A DNA stretch of 63,655 nucleotides, counting the filler, from Reticulomyxa filosa (lineage: Eukaryota > Protista > Foraminifera): the NCBI GenBank assembly GCA_000512085.1. It is 21 parts of 21 records of this genome, joined end to end, with 100 filler letters (N's around TTAATTAATTAA, not from the genome) between each part and the next. Parts side by side here need not be neighbours in the genome. Positions count along the whole stretch, not along the records: positions 46,405 to 56,305 come from ASPP01011242.1; positions 56,406 to 57,908 come from ASPP01013456.1; positions 58,009 to 60,831 come from ASPP01008590.1; positions 60,932 to 62,414 come from ASPP01018689.1; positions 62,515 to 63,655 come from ASPP01025559.1; 16 more parts are not named here. One strand, given 5' to 3'. Every line of letters starts with the position of its first letter. Position 1 is the stretch's first letter. Shown here one piece after another: positions 51,832 through 63,655 of the stretch. The translations under genes were made by a program, and so were the position numbers. Under the pieces are notes generated by a model. The model was not told the origin of the DNA, searched no databases, and saw only the letters and a program-made list of their open reading frames with translations.

Positions 51832-53480
51832 TCATGTTATATCGTCTTCAGTTAAAGAAAATAAAACATAAAGAATGGTATGCTGAAACGCCTTTGCTGC
51901 TTTTTTAACATTACTATTGATTCGGGCAAGAGCTTGAAAATTTTGCTTGGTGAAGTAGCGATAAGTTGTTGATTTGAAAAGGGTGTTAATAGCCCGAACA
52001 ATATCAAATATTCCAAGACAATAATTGAGTAATTTGGTGAACTCTCTTTTTGAAAGTTGTAATTGTATCCCTTTAATTCCACTGTCACAAATTTTGTTGT
52101 GCAATTGCAAGGGACAACTCATATCCCAACGCTGTCCAATTTTTAAATCATGGGATATTGTAGCAATTGATCTGTTGCACATGTCGATACGCCATTTTCT
52201 TCAAAGAATCACAAGCAATGTCATTGCTTCGGTATTCTTTCGAACTTAAAATAGAATACAAATACGGAACAATTTCTTTTCTAATCTTTTGGGAATAAAG
52301 ATTGCAATTTTCTGCACATTGCAAAAGTACACATTGATTAAAACAATGAGAAAAAGGCAATACCTGCAATATCTTGGTTTCATTCCATTGATTGCCACGA
52401 TACAAATTTCTCAACTCCAAAGTTTTCTTTAACACAGTACTTCCATTACTCCATTTCATATATCTCATAGCCATTCTTCCAAAATTATATATAAAAAATA
52501 ACTTTGTAATTATATATAATTACAAACTTATTGCAGACAAATTGTTTTAGCCACACATGATTGGATCTACGACCATAAACAAGACATTGACATTTGACAA
52601 TTAAATTGAAATGTTGGAAATGCTTGAACTTTTGTTGTCATTTCTTTTATTCCAATTCTGAAACTCCAAACAAACGGGAGGGACAATGCAACTCCATCAC
52701 AACAATCGAGTCTTTAACCAAGGTGTGCTCACAAAATAAATGGTATCAAACAAATGCATATATCGATTGACAATGTGTTGTGCATTACATTCTTTGGCAA
52801 TAACTACTTGTACATTTGTCCCAACCACAACATATTCAAACACTTGGTTCGATATTTCATACATGGATATTCAACACCATCTTATATCACTTCCACTTCT
52901 TGTCCTGCTTCAATGGTTGATGATTTAGATTGTTTTGCTATATCCATTTCATACAATTGAAATGGGACTCCTTTGTTTGTCGAATTTGGTAAACACTTTT
53001 TGTGGTTCCCATCATATTCTTGAGATAAATTATCCACTCACCAAACAAATACCAATAGGTTAACATATTCCTACTTTTCATTTCGTGACTGTATTGGCAC
53101 GCTCTTGTCCCAACATCTTTAGCACAAGAAGATTCCATGAAAATAAAAAAATTGACTTCGTTGGTAGTCATAAATTTGCTCCAATGCTCCACAAATCTGC
53201 GTGAAACAGGTTCCATGGCAGCCATAAGATGTTATGTATTGGATTATATAGCGCAATACCTCATCCTTTCCAAGTAATAGTATTCCGGTACTAGGTTCAA
53301 TGCTTTGACCTTCAAAGTTACACATTTGAAATGTTTGAAGAAGCCAAGCATTTCCAAGGGAAAGCAAACATAGAAAAAATCACAGATGATAAGACATGTG
53401 AAAACATATGATAATTAAAAAACCCTTTAGCATAAACTTCTAAACAGGAACGCTACCAATCCGTTTAACATTGTCGAGCT
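51832..53480 (-). pseudogene. Decayed gene, possibly RluA-type pseudouridine synthase
   Basis: Chain of broken minus-strand ORFs. STGILLLGKD resembles the RluA motif TSGxLLxAK, but the catalytic HRLD is not visible. Confidence 0.25.
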
Positions 53481-53787
53481 TTTTTTTGAATTTGACCACA
53501 AAAAGAAAATATGTATTTCCTTTCGTGGTTAACCAGATGGTTAAAAATCCGTAGTCTTTATCGCAGCACAACTTTTCTTTTGGTCGCATTGTAACTTGAG
53601 AGAAGTTGGAAGTATATTCGGTGGTATTTTTTCAATTTAAAAGATTGTAATACTTGAATAGCTTTAATTTTAAAAGTTTTTTTTTTGCAGTAGATTTTTT
53701 TGATGAAAATAGTTTTTTTTTTTAAGAGTTTTTTTAAAGAGTTTATTTTTCTGGTTCTTGCTAAATTTATCTTAACTCTTTTTCAAA

Positions 53788-54120
53788 ATGGCAGCAAAAG
53801 CGAACGAAGTAAAAGTGAATATCGAATTGGCATTTCAAGCTTTGAGTCAGTTGCCGTTCAAAACTTATCAATCACCTTGTATTGCAATCAAAGATGAAAT
53901 ACTTATATGTGGGGGTCCAAAAAAAAGAAAGTGTTATTCATATCACACAATTAAAAATGAATATAAACTTATTTGTGAGTATCCAAGTAATATTAAATTA
54001 GATGGACACAGCGTAATAGAGCTGGTAAACACCAAAAAAGACAATACTGTAATTTTATTATCTTTTGGTGGAAACGAAAAACATACAATGGTAATGAATT
54101 ATGCAAGTGTTTGGAACAAA
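53788..54120 (+). pseudogene. Kelch-like beta-propeller family fragment
   Basis: FQALSQLP...DEILICGG..KCYSYHTIKNEYKLICEYP...GHSV...LLSFGG. The coding-like signal ends abruptly near 54120. Confidence 0.65.
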
Positions 54121-55901
54121 TTCTTCGAGGCTAACGCAAATTATTTAATTAAAGTTTTTTTTTATTTGGAAACTCCCCCCCCCCCTTGGCTTGTATCTTC
54201 TGTAATTGATCGTCCAAAAGTTTTGATGCAAAACAGAGTTTTTTATATCAACTTTAACAAACTACGAAAAACACACTTTCACGACAATATAAAGTTACTT
54301 TTATTTTTTTAGCAAGTTGACATCCTATGTAGTGTGTAAAATAAATAACAACATAGTAGTTTTCTGTTCTTTTAGTACGTAGTAGAAGGATTTACAAAAA
54401 TTTTAATAACTGTTATAAATTTTGTAGATATTGATTTTTTTATTTTTTATTTTAAAAAAGTTTCATCATATCAATAAGAGAAAACGAAAAATATTTGTGA
54501 CACAAGCCTTTTTTTGTGCTGAACGTATCTTTAATAAGATTTCCTTGACTTCGGCAACAATTGTGTGAATTCTTGATCATATACTCAACTTTGAAATCTA
54601 ATTATGCTCTCAAATAGCAACACATGCATAATACTTTTTATAATATGATTTTTCTTATTTGAAGTTAAAAAATTATTATGTTCATAATACATTTGTAAAT
54701 TTCGTTTTTCATTGCAAAAGTAGTAAAATTAGATGAATTACTTCTATTCTTTTAATTTTATTTAATAATTTTGTATTTTCTTAAATCCTTTTCAATTCTA
54801 ACGATACTTCGATTGTAATCAAAAGTTTTATGACTAGAAACAAATAAATTGAATTTAAGATTACCAAATGTTACCAAATATATTATTTGATAGATTAAAA
54901 GAAAGTATTGCGTATTATCAAGTATTTTGAACTTACAAAAATAAAATTATATGTTGTTAATCATGTAACAATCAAATGGTTCAATAGTATTGGTAAATTG
55001 GACAACAATTATTGTGCTTTTCAAGAAATAACTTCAAGCAATGCTCTCCAGCAATCAATAATTCATACATATTTGCATGTTGTGGACACTCTATGTCAAT
55101 TGGATTATTTGCAATTTTCTTGCAAATCAAACAAATGAAATGCTTGGTGTATTCTTGTGAGTGAGATCGTAAAATCCAATCTTAAAAATTTTTTTTTACA
55201 AAAAGGGTGAAGTTAAAAAAAATATGCATAACATGTAATGTGTATGACATTATTATTTTAGAAAAAACTCTGTTTTGATGACGAATACTCAATTGAGAAT
55301 ATGACTTGGCCAAATACTTTTCGTTGTTATTAATTTTGCATCAACAGCAAAGTGATACAAATTATGTAAACTTCGATTGAATAACAAATTGCAAAACATG
55401 TTTTGTTATTTTAAATAATTTTTCCATTTACCATTTATCGGTCATTTCTTGTTCTTCTTTTTCATTTCTATCTTTCAACCATTTCATCTATTCTTTTTTC
55501 TTATTTTCATTTATGACAATTACAATTTTGAAACATTGATACATATGTAGTATATGGAATAATAATGTATATGAAGCGAACCATAATATGAAGTGAATCA
55601 TAATGATTCACTGATAATGATGATAAAGGATTTTGTTAACAACCCAAAAATAATATTATTTCAATTTTCATATGAACAAACAATAAAAATAAAAAAATAG
55701 TTTATCAGTCAAAAACCTTTTTTTTTTGTTTTTGCTGTGATAATTATCAATAAAAGTGAAATTAAAATTTTTGCATGACACTTTTTCATTTCGCAAGACA
55801 GCAAATGAAAAAGCGCTTTGTTTGATAAAATTTTGTTGTGTTGGACTACCCTGAGCGTAGCTTTTTTTTTGGAATGATTTTTTCTCCATTCAGGTCTCGT
55901 A

Positions 55902-56305
55902 ATGAGTCAATCTGAAAAGTGGAAAGAACGTATTTGGATTGGCCTTTTTTGTGTGTTGGGATGTGTTCAATGCGTAATTTACATTGTATTGAAATGGTAT
56001 GAAGTGTTTTTCATTAGTTATGGATGTCTCTTAATCGGCTTATTATTATACTCGGTTTCGACTATCCAAAGTGCCATGGACAAAACATGTCCTTCATTTT
56101 TGTCCATGAAGCTTTTCAAATATGCGTGTATTACATATGGATGTGGATTTGCATTGTGGTATATTGAAAACGCATTTTGCGAGAAAGTGCAATCATTGCA
56201 TGGTGGCATGTTTTATCTGGTGCGGGATCCTATCTTTATATTTTGAGTATGATTGCAATGCGCAGCCATTATTTGAAACGTAAAACCAATTTACAGTTTC
56301 TTCAT
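55902..56305 (+). pseudogene. Alkaline ceramidase (CREST family) C-terminal part, frameshifted
   Basis: GFALWYIENAFCEKVQSL, then in another frame AWWHVLSGAGSY. This matches the ACER pattern WxIDNxFC...HAWWHxxxGxGSY. The N-terminal half is absent. Confidence 0.8.
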
Positions 56306-56405
56306 NNNNNNNNNNNNNNNNNNNNNNNNNNNNNNNNNNNNNNNNNNNNTTAATTAATTAANNNNNNNNNNNNNNNNNNNNNNNNNNNNNNNNNNNNNNN
56401 NNNNN

Positions 56406-56901
56406 CAATAATAATAACAATAACAATAATAATAATAATAACAATAATAATAACAGCAATCACAATGATAATAATAAGGCTTCAGATGTCGTCTTTGCTG
56501 AAGCAGAGGCTCTTCCGTATCGACAACTCTCTTTGTCGATAAATATTGAAAAAAAACAACAAATGAAAGAATTTCGAAAAACATCACATTTCTTTCGGCT
56601 TTCTGTCAAAGTGACAGTGTTGACTCTTGTTATGGTCGTCGTCACGTTTCTTGCTCTGATTTTGTTCTCTGAACTTGTTTGGAGCATTGGTCTAGTGATC
56701 GATATCTTTGTCAACTGCTTGTGCTTGTTATTGACGTTTCGAACTTATCACCGTGTGTATAAGTGCATGTGTGGCTGCTGTGATCGATGCATCAGTGTTT
56801 GTGGTAGTGCTGCCATAATACATACTCTCAATTCTACCCCTGTTGTACGACGCTTGGAAACAGAACTTCAATCTTCTGAACGAAGATCACCAACATTTTG
56901 A
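56406..56901 (+). CDS. C-terminal part of a multi-pass (GPCR-like) membrane protein
   Basis: An Asn-rich loop, then two hydrophobic helices (KVTVLTLV..., IDIFVNCLCLLLTF) and a Cys-rich tail YKCMCGCCDRC. Confidence 0.55.
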
Positions 56902-57337
56902 GAAAACGTTGAATCAATACACAAGTGTGTGTATGGTGTATATATCTATCTTCTTTTTTTTTTTTTATACAAACAAAATGATATAGACCTTTTTTTTCTG
57001 TTATTCCCTATTTTTCAGTGTACTCTATTTAGAGTCAATGTGACTCTCTGTTTTTTCACTTTTACAATCAACGCATTATAGAATAAAACGTCCTTTTTTT
57101 TTTTTAATTAAGAATCATCTTATTAACTACTTTTAAAAATATATTTTGTTTATTTTTGAATAAAAACTAACAATTATTTGATTTTACAAGGAGTTTTGAC
57201 AAACATTTAAAATTATAATTCAAAAAATCTTGTCGATACAAAAGTAATGTATGTGTCCGGTCGACTCGAGAATCAAAATGGGAGACGTGTGTGTGTGTGT
57301 GTATGTATGGAGGGAGGGCATTCAAAAATTTTCAGAA

Positions 57338-57796
57338 TTAAAAATTAAAAGAAAAAGAGACAAACATTCCGCGGTGATCGGAAGGAAAAAACTCTTCTTG
57401 CATGACATGAGTCAATGCATGAAAAGTATGTGTCAATTCGGTGACTCCCAACACAATGCAAACAATGAACACAAGTCCCACAAGCAAATGAAAGCATTCA
57501 ATTTTCGCAAATTTCATTTCTTTTTCGTTTGGCCAGTTGTCTTCCTTTGGTTCAGGATGTGACTTTTTTCGTGATTGCGCGATGTTGTGTTTATTGACAT
57601 TTGGCAATATAAGCGAGTGATTTGGCGTTGGCTCTAAACTTGCTTTGACTTTTTTGTTATGTAATCCTCGTCTTGAGTATATAGCCTTTCGGAGCACGGC
57701 TATGGTGCACATCACCAGCCAAATCATTATCAACTTCTTCAAATACCATCGTACCTCTTCGCTACACTGCGAGCAATTGTTCAACTTTATTTTCAA
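57338..57796 (-). CDS. Hypothetical membrane protein, partial
   Basis: 152-aa ORF with two hydrophobic segments. Confidence 0.4.
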   Translation of the reverse strand: MKIKLNNCSQCSEEVRWYLKKLIMIWLVMCTIAVLRKAIYSRRGLHNKKVKASLEPTPNHSLILPNVNKHNIAQSRKKSHPEPKEDNWPNEKEMKFAKIECFHLLVGLVFIVCIVLGVTELTHTFHALTHVMQEEFFPSDHRGMFVSFSFNF

Positions 57797-57864
57797 TTAC
57801 AATTTGTGTGTGTGTGTGTGTGTGATACACAAAAATATCTGTCTTTCACATTTATGTTTATTTA

Positions 57865-57906
<42 letters not shown>

Positions 57907-58008
57907 TTNNNNNNNNNNNNNNNNNNNNNNNNNNNNNNNNNNNNNNNNNNNNTTAATTAATTAANNNNNNNNNNNNNNNNNNNNNNNNNNNNNNNNNNNN
58001 NNNNNNNN

Positions 58009-60460
58009 CCCAATGAAGAAAAACTCTTGGTAAATCGTCGCAGCCATAGTATCGCGAGCGAGTCGAGACGATCTTCGACTACCGACAGCGGTGGCGGCGG
58101 CGGCGGCGATATCATGCACACCCGAACGAGGACGAGGACGAGGACGAAGACGACGACGACAGTGGCGACCACGACCAGCAGTGAGGATGACGACGAACAT
58201 CGACAGTACGACGAAAGTCGCAACAGCCAAACGTATAACATTCTGCTGTCGTACAAGACTGACATTAGCCAAAAACAAAAAAGTGGAATGTTCTATGAAA
58301 AAACCGTGTACGATGAAAACGGATACAATCCCAACAATCCAAACTCGAATCACGATCATGGTCATGGTCACGACCACGACCATGCTGGTGGACATTATCA
58401 TATGAGCTTGGAACCCTGGCATTCCATGGACATTAATCACGACCTGATCCAACGCAAATTGTCTCACGTCTCTTATGTCATGTATATCACCGGATATCGT
58501 ATCTTCTTGTATTTGGAAGGCTATCTTCTCGTTTGCATCATTGTCTGGATCGCCTGGTATCCCGTCGCTTTGTTGCAAGACGCTTTTCTCCACAATTATT
58601 TGGTTTACGTGTACTTGTATACCTTGTGTCTTTTATCAGGTACTTTATTTCATCAATACATTCTTGTTTCATATTCATTTATTCATATATTCATATATTC
58701 ATATATTCATATATGCATATATGTATGTACATCCTCCAAACTTTTCTTATAAAAAAAAAAGGGGCCAAGTTTGTGTTGAAACGTATCGCTCGACACATTG
58801 ACTACATGCGCGTGGAAGAGTTTCAATCGGATGCAAAGACAAAGGACAAGAACAAAGACAAAGATAAAGACAAAAAGAAGAAGAAGAAGAAGAAGAAGAA
58901 GAAGAAGGACAAGGATGGAAATCAAAAACATGAAAGAGACAATAGGGCAAATGGCAATGCCTCTCCGAGACACTTGTCCAGTGACGACGAGGACCATGGA
59001 GATACGCACACCGATGATGATAATGATAATGACGATGACGAAGAAAAGAATGAGAGCTTTCTCGACGAAATACAAACACAACCAACGCAAATAGCGATAA
59101 GGATAGCCTCCAAACGCACAAACAAAATTGAAGACGGATTGACGACGAGCATCAACAGCAGCAACAGTCTGCCGGTTGTGAACAAAAGCATGACTGAGAC
59201 ATCGAACGAACGCACACAAACAAAAAAGACAGATATCGCCAATGGCAATGGAATAGCAAATGCAAATACAAATACAAATACAAATACAAATACAAATACA
59301 AATGCAAACACAAAAGATAAAAAGTATGAATGGAGTATGTCATTCGAATTAGTAACCGAATTTTATGTATCGACCATCTATTGGTGCTTATTTCGTAACT
59401 TGATCACAGTGTCACATCCCAAGGCGGGCGACTTTGCCTTGATTCTGATCATCCATATGGGCTGCGAGTTTTTCGAGTCGTTTGTGAAGCTGCTGTGGTT
59501 CTACTACTATCACAGCGATCGATTGCAAGATTGGTTCTTTGGCATTCGCAAAAACTTTTTCGGTACCAATGGCCGTTCTGCCAAAACCCAACTCAAACAA
59601 ACGCAAAAGCAAAAGCAAAAGCAAAAGCAAAAACATTCAAAAAAGAGAGCCAGTGATGATATCTCAGCTAATCGTGATGATAGTGACTCTGACGATCGCT
59701 GGGCCAATGGATCATCATCGTCGTCAGAGGACAAGTCCGACCAACGCTTTGCAGAGCGTGAAGAACAACGCAAATGGTCTGGTTTTACCAATGAAACCAT
59801 GGAAGCCATGCGTACCAATCTGCTGCTTCAACACAACATCAACGCCGCCCATCCTCATAGCAAATCCAAACAGCAGGCTCTCGAGAGATTAAGGAAGTCC
59901 ATGTACTACTTTTATGTTTACAAGACTTGTTGTGGTGGATGCGTCCAATGGAAAGTCGATCGCTGTGATGGAGACAATGGCAGAGAAGATGTGCTTTAGG
60001 TTTGTCATTTCTTTTGGTGAGTTTTCTCCCTTTCGTCTTTAATTTTTTTTTTTTTTTTTTTAATACAATAAAAATATTCAAATAAATAAATAAATAAATA
60101 ATGAGAATAGATATGGGTTTACGAATGTCAGTAGCTTTTTTTTCTTATGTATACGTAATGACGTTCACACTAGCTGTGAGCAGAGAACGACTTGAACTCA
60201 CCGAAGCACAATACGAAAATAGCTTTTCATTCCACTCCATTGTATTTGGCATGGAAATGCTCTTTGTTGTATTCTTGTATACTTATGCGTGGAATATTTT
60301 GCGATTCAATGCCATCGAACCTTTGATGCGGATTTACGAAAAGTATAACAAAGTCTGGATGGTTAGCATGGGGATTGTATTCGCCACTGGTTGTGTTCAA
60401 TGCACTCTCGCAATGATGAAGTCTTTGTTGGTGCATTGGGACAAACATGAAACGTACTAA
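58009..60460 (+). CDS. Multi-pass membrane protein with low-complexity loops, partial
   Basis: Three exons; intron 58640-58761 restores the frame. Several hydrophobic helices are separated by D/K/N-rich microsatellite-encoded loops. Confidence 0.65.
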
Positions 60461-60931
60461 TCCGAGTTTGGAGAAGGAAACACCACTCTTTCTCTCCATA
60501 ATACACAATGTTCTTTTTTCTTATGTGAAATTCTTATTCTACTCACACTTTGTGTTTATTATTCCCTACAAAAAAAAAAAACCAATGCTAATTGCTAATA
60601 TATCCAATTCTATTTGGGTCTTGTATCAAAATAAATTTCAAACAAAAAAGGATGACTCCTTTCCAAAAAATTAGTTGTTTTTTTTTTCCAATTAAATAGT
60701 CCATTTTCATCAATATTAAAATCCTCTCTTCAAATGGCACATTCTGTAATCAGTTAAAAATAGTCAAGTTTAGCAGTTGAAGCAAATTATCTTTAAACTA
60801 AAAATAGTTTGCATAGACCTCACTAGGGGAGNNNNNNNNNNNNNNNNNNNNNNNNNNNNNNNNNNNNNNNNNNNNTTAATTAATTAANNNNNNNNNNNNN
60901 NNNNNNNNNNNNNNNNNNNNNNNNNNNNNNN

Positions 60932-61195
60932 GCGGCCGCTGTCGGTGCAGATGTGGTTGGGAAAGCGGAGCACTTGGACCGATGTCAGGCCGTTCTCGAT
61001 GGCGCGCCCGATGATAGTCGAGACCTTCTCGATCGCCTGCTCGTCGGTCAGGCCCGACGGCGCAAGAAGATGATCCATAAAGGCCTTCTTCTCCGCCTCC
61101 GCCGCCTCGTGCGCCTTCAGAGCGGCCGACGCCTTGGCGCCCTCCGCCTCGGCCATCTTCATGTGCAGTTCCTTGACGCTCATCAGCTTGGACAT
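60932..61195 (-). CDS. Bacterial hypothetical protein, partial, downstream of ppk2
   Basis: ATG preceded by a GAGGAG Shine-Dalgarno sequence; high-GC codon usage. Confidence 0.75.
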
Positions 61196-61232
61196 TCTGG
61201 TCTCCTCGAAAGGGATAAAGGTGTTGCGCGCC

Positions 61233-62043
61233 CTAGTATCTCTGCGCGACGTAACGGCGATCGGCGATGGAAGCGAGGTCGTCGTACGTCCGCTTCTCCG
61301 ACCGCGAAGGCAGCTTCACCTTGGCGCGTTCGACCTTCTCGTAGGGAATCTGCGCCAGGATGTGCGCAATCACGTTCAGGCGCGCCCGCTTCTGTCGTCG
61401 GAACGGCGATATGCCACGGCGCATGGTCGGAGTCGGTGTACTCGAACATCAGGTCTCGCGCCCTCGAATAGTCATACCACCGAGAGTAGGACTGGATATC
61501 CATCGGGCTCAGCTTCCACTGACGGACCGGGTCCTCAATTCTCGCCTTGAAGCGCCGGTCCTGTTCCTCCTGCCCGACCTCGAGCCAGATCTTGATGAGC
61601 CGCAGGCCCCCTTCGATGGCAAACTTCTCGAAGACCGGACAGATATCGAGAAAACGCTGATGCTGTTCGGGTGTACAGAAACCCATGACGTACTCGACAC
61701 CGGCGCGATTGTACCAGCTGCGGTCGAAGATCACGATCTCGCCGCCAGCCGGGAAATGCTCGACGTAGCGTTGAACGTACATCTGGGTCTTGTCCCGGTC
61801 GGACGGCGCCGGCAGGGCGACGACCCGGAACACGCGCGGACTCACCCGATCGGTCAGCGCCTTGATGGCGCCCCCCTTGCCCGCGGCGTCGCGGCCCTCC
61901 AGCACGATGACCACGCGCTCACCGGAGACCTTGATCCATTCCTGCAAGCGGCAGAGCTCGACCTGCAGTTCGCGCAGCTCCTTCTCATAGACCTTGCGCT
62001 TGAGCTTCTCCGTCCCCGCGCCGTCTTCCTTCTTCTTGGACAT
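61233..62043 (-). CDS. ppk2: Polyphosphate kinase 2 (bacterial)
   Basis: LEGRDAAGKGG, RVVALPAPSDR, FDRSWYNRAGVEYVMGFC and WKLSPMD. The C-terminus KRARLNVIAHIL lies in another frame after indels near 61393-61407. Confidence 0.95.
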
Positions 62044-62134
62044 TCGCCCCCCCTGTGAACGACTGCTCCGCGGTGCCAGGCCTTTGGCCGGACGCTGCGG
62101 CTCACGCCGCGTCCGGCCCGGCGGCCCGCCGATT

Positions 62135-62414
62135 TCAGCGGATGATCTTCACGGCGATTGCCGTCTGGTGCGTCCACACAGTGGTGACGACGTCGCCCGG
62201 CTTGAGGGTGGCGAGGGCCGCCTTACCGGCCGCGGTCCGAACCTGCGGCATGGTGATGACCTCGCCGCTGTTGGGCGACGGCTCTTCCGGCTTGCCGTTC
62301 GATGCATTGATGAGCCAAAGGCCACCGTTCTCCGGTGTCGCCTTGGTGACCATGCCGGACATGCTCCACATGCGGATCGGCTCGCGTGCGCCGGGAATAC
62401 CGGTCAACTGCGCG
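62135..62414 (-). CDS. Bacterial hypothetical protein, partial
   Basis: High-GC ORF co-oriented with ppk2 and upstream of it. Confidence 0.5.
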
Positions 62415-62514
62415 NNNNNNNNNNNNNNNNNNNNNNNNNNNNNNNNNNNNNNNNNNNNTTAATTAATTAANNNNNNNNNNNNNNNNNNNNNNNNNNNNNN
62501 NNNNNNNNNNNNNN

Positions 62515-63655
62515 TATCATCACAAGGTTCCAACCTCTTTCTTGCAGGAACATTGCACTCTATCGCGTCATACAGATTCTGAGATATCATCATCTCTTGA
62601 ACTTCAGCTGACAAGCATTGTGACAAGACGTACCTGAAACAGAAACAATATGTCAATTGATAAGTATTTTTCCAGGCCAGAAATTGGCGTCGCCATCTTG
62701 GAAAGTTATCACGATTTCCATCGAAAATGTTTCGAAAACGATTGGGTGACTCCAAAGCTAAAGTAGTGCAGCCGCAGTGCCTCTCAAGACGAATACAGCA
62801 AAAAAAATCACATTAGTTTTTGCAAGTGAATGGGTATATCATCATGGTGTCCCTGAAACAATCTTATCAGATAATGGAACACAGTTTAAAGGAAAAATGG
62901 AACAACTATAATTTGCATTCATACCGTGTTGGGGTCTTGTCACTACTACCAATTTTTCGACTTTAGTCAATGATGTCGAATTGCGTGATAAGAAATCGGC
63001 GATAACATTCTCGGTTCTAGGAAAATAACGAGATTCAAATGAAAACTCACTTAGTTGCAATGCCCATCTGGAGAGCATACTATTGACTTGTTTCCCTGAT
63101 AGTGCAAATAATGAAGCTAAATTTTTGTGGTCAGTGTATGCTATAAATTTCCTCAATAATAAATAGTGCATCCACTTTTGTACTGCGTAAACCAATGCGT
63201 AAAATTCTTTTTCAGACTGTATGGCTTTTGTTTGATAGGTTTTGTTCCAGGCTTTAATTCTATTTTCATTTCGGCGTTTGGTATTTGTCCAATATCAAAT
63301 GAATTCTTCAATGTCAATCTCTGATTTTTGCTTATAAACTGTTGTATCGACTTTTTTATTTGTGATTCGATACAATTGCTAATTTTTATATGACTTCACA
63401 CGTTTATTTTGGATTATTGTTCCCAGGTCAACATTATTGGCTCCACAGTATCACTATGCGACTCTGAAGTTGGTGGATCAATATTCGCTTCCTCTTTATT
63501 ATTGGTAATTTTTGCATCTGTACCTTCTGCTTTGACACTGCTAACAACTAACTACAAATCTTGATATTCCAATATTTCATCCGATTGTATATGTTCAAAT
63601 TTTTCATGCTCCAACGCATAATCAAGCTGACGTAATGCACTTCTAGATAAAATAA
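62515..63655. mobile_element. Scrambled Ty3/gypsy LTR retrotransposon remnants
   Basis: Minus strand RNase H: EKEFYALVYAVQKW..YTDHKNL..RWALQLSEF..NVIADFLSR. Plus strand integrase (62774-62910): AVPLK..EWVYHHGVPETILSDNGTQF. Minus strand gag-like: FDGNRDNFPRWRRQF. Confidence 0.85.

Noticed and set aside
58707-59892. Many overlapping antisense and alternative-frame ORFs
   Set aside because: They are shadows of microsatellite-rich coding sequence. The same applies to the shadow ORFs over Mtr4, the RNF213-like gene and ppk2.

Overview
This window is not one locus. It is 21 short contigs joined by an artificial 100-nt linker (N44-TTAATTAATTAA-N44), so adjacency across linkers means nothing. Twenty contigs are AT-rich, intron-containing eukaryotic DNA. 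Their expanded WD40, Kelch-like, Gly-rich and ART-like families and many decayed genes suggest a foraminiferan such as Reticulomyxa filosa (inference). One contig (60932-62414) is GC-rich bacterial DNA carrying ppk2. Recognisable genes: CSN1, Mtr4 helicase, a 7TM-RGS protein, a ZZ/EF-hand/RPEL protein, an RNF213/mysterin-like AAA+ protein, a Kazal-TM protein, a RimK-like ligase, and decayed RPAP1, GET1, SYS1 and alkaline ceramidase copies. Mobile DNA includes a Tc1/mariner family with CAGTAGGTTG ends, an APE-type non-LTR retrotransposon and Ty3/gypsy fragments. Best leads: (1) an unidentified, highly base-paired putative ncRNA at about 40250-40841; (2) a non-canonical (CTTAGGG)n telomere-like array next to an ADP-ribosyltransferase-like gene; (3) a LINE whose ORF1 and ORF2 are in frame across a single UGA-C; (4) introns ending in poly-A rather than polypyrimidine tracts; (5) the 7TM-RGS and RNF213-like proteins. 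All calls come from reading the sequence by eye; no searches were run.
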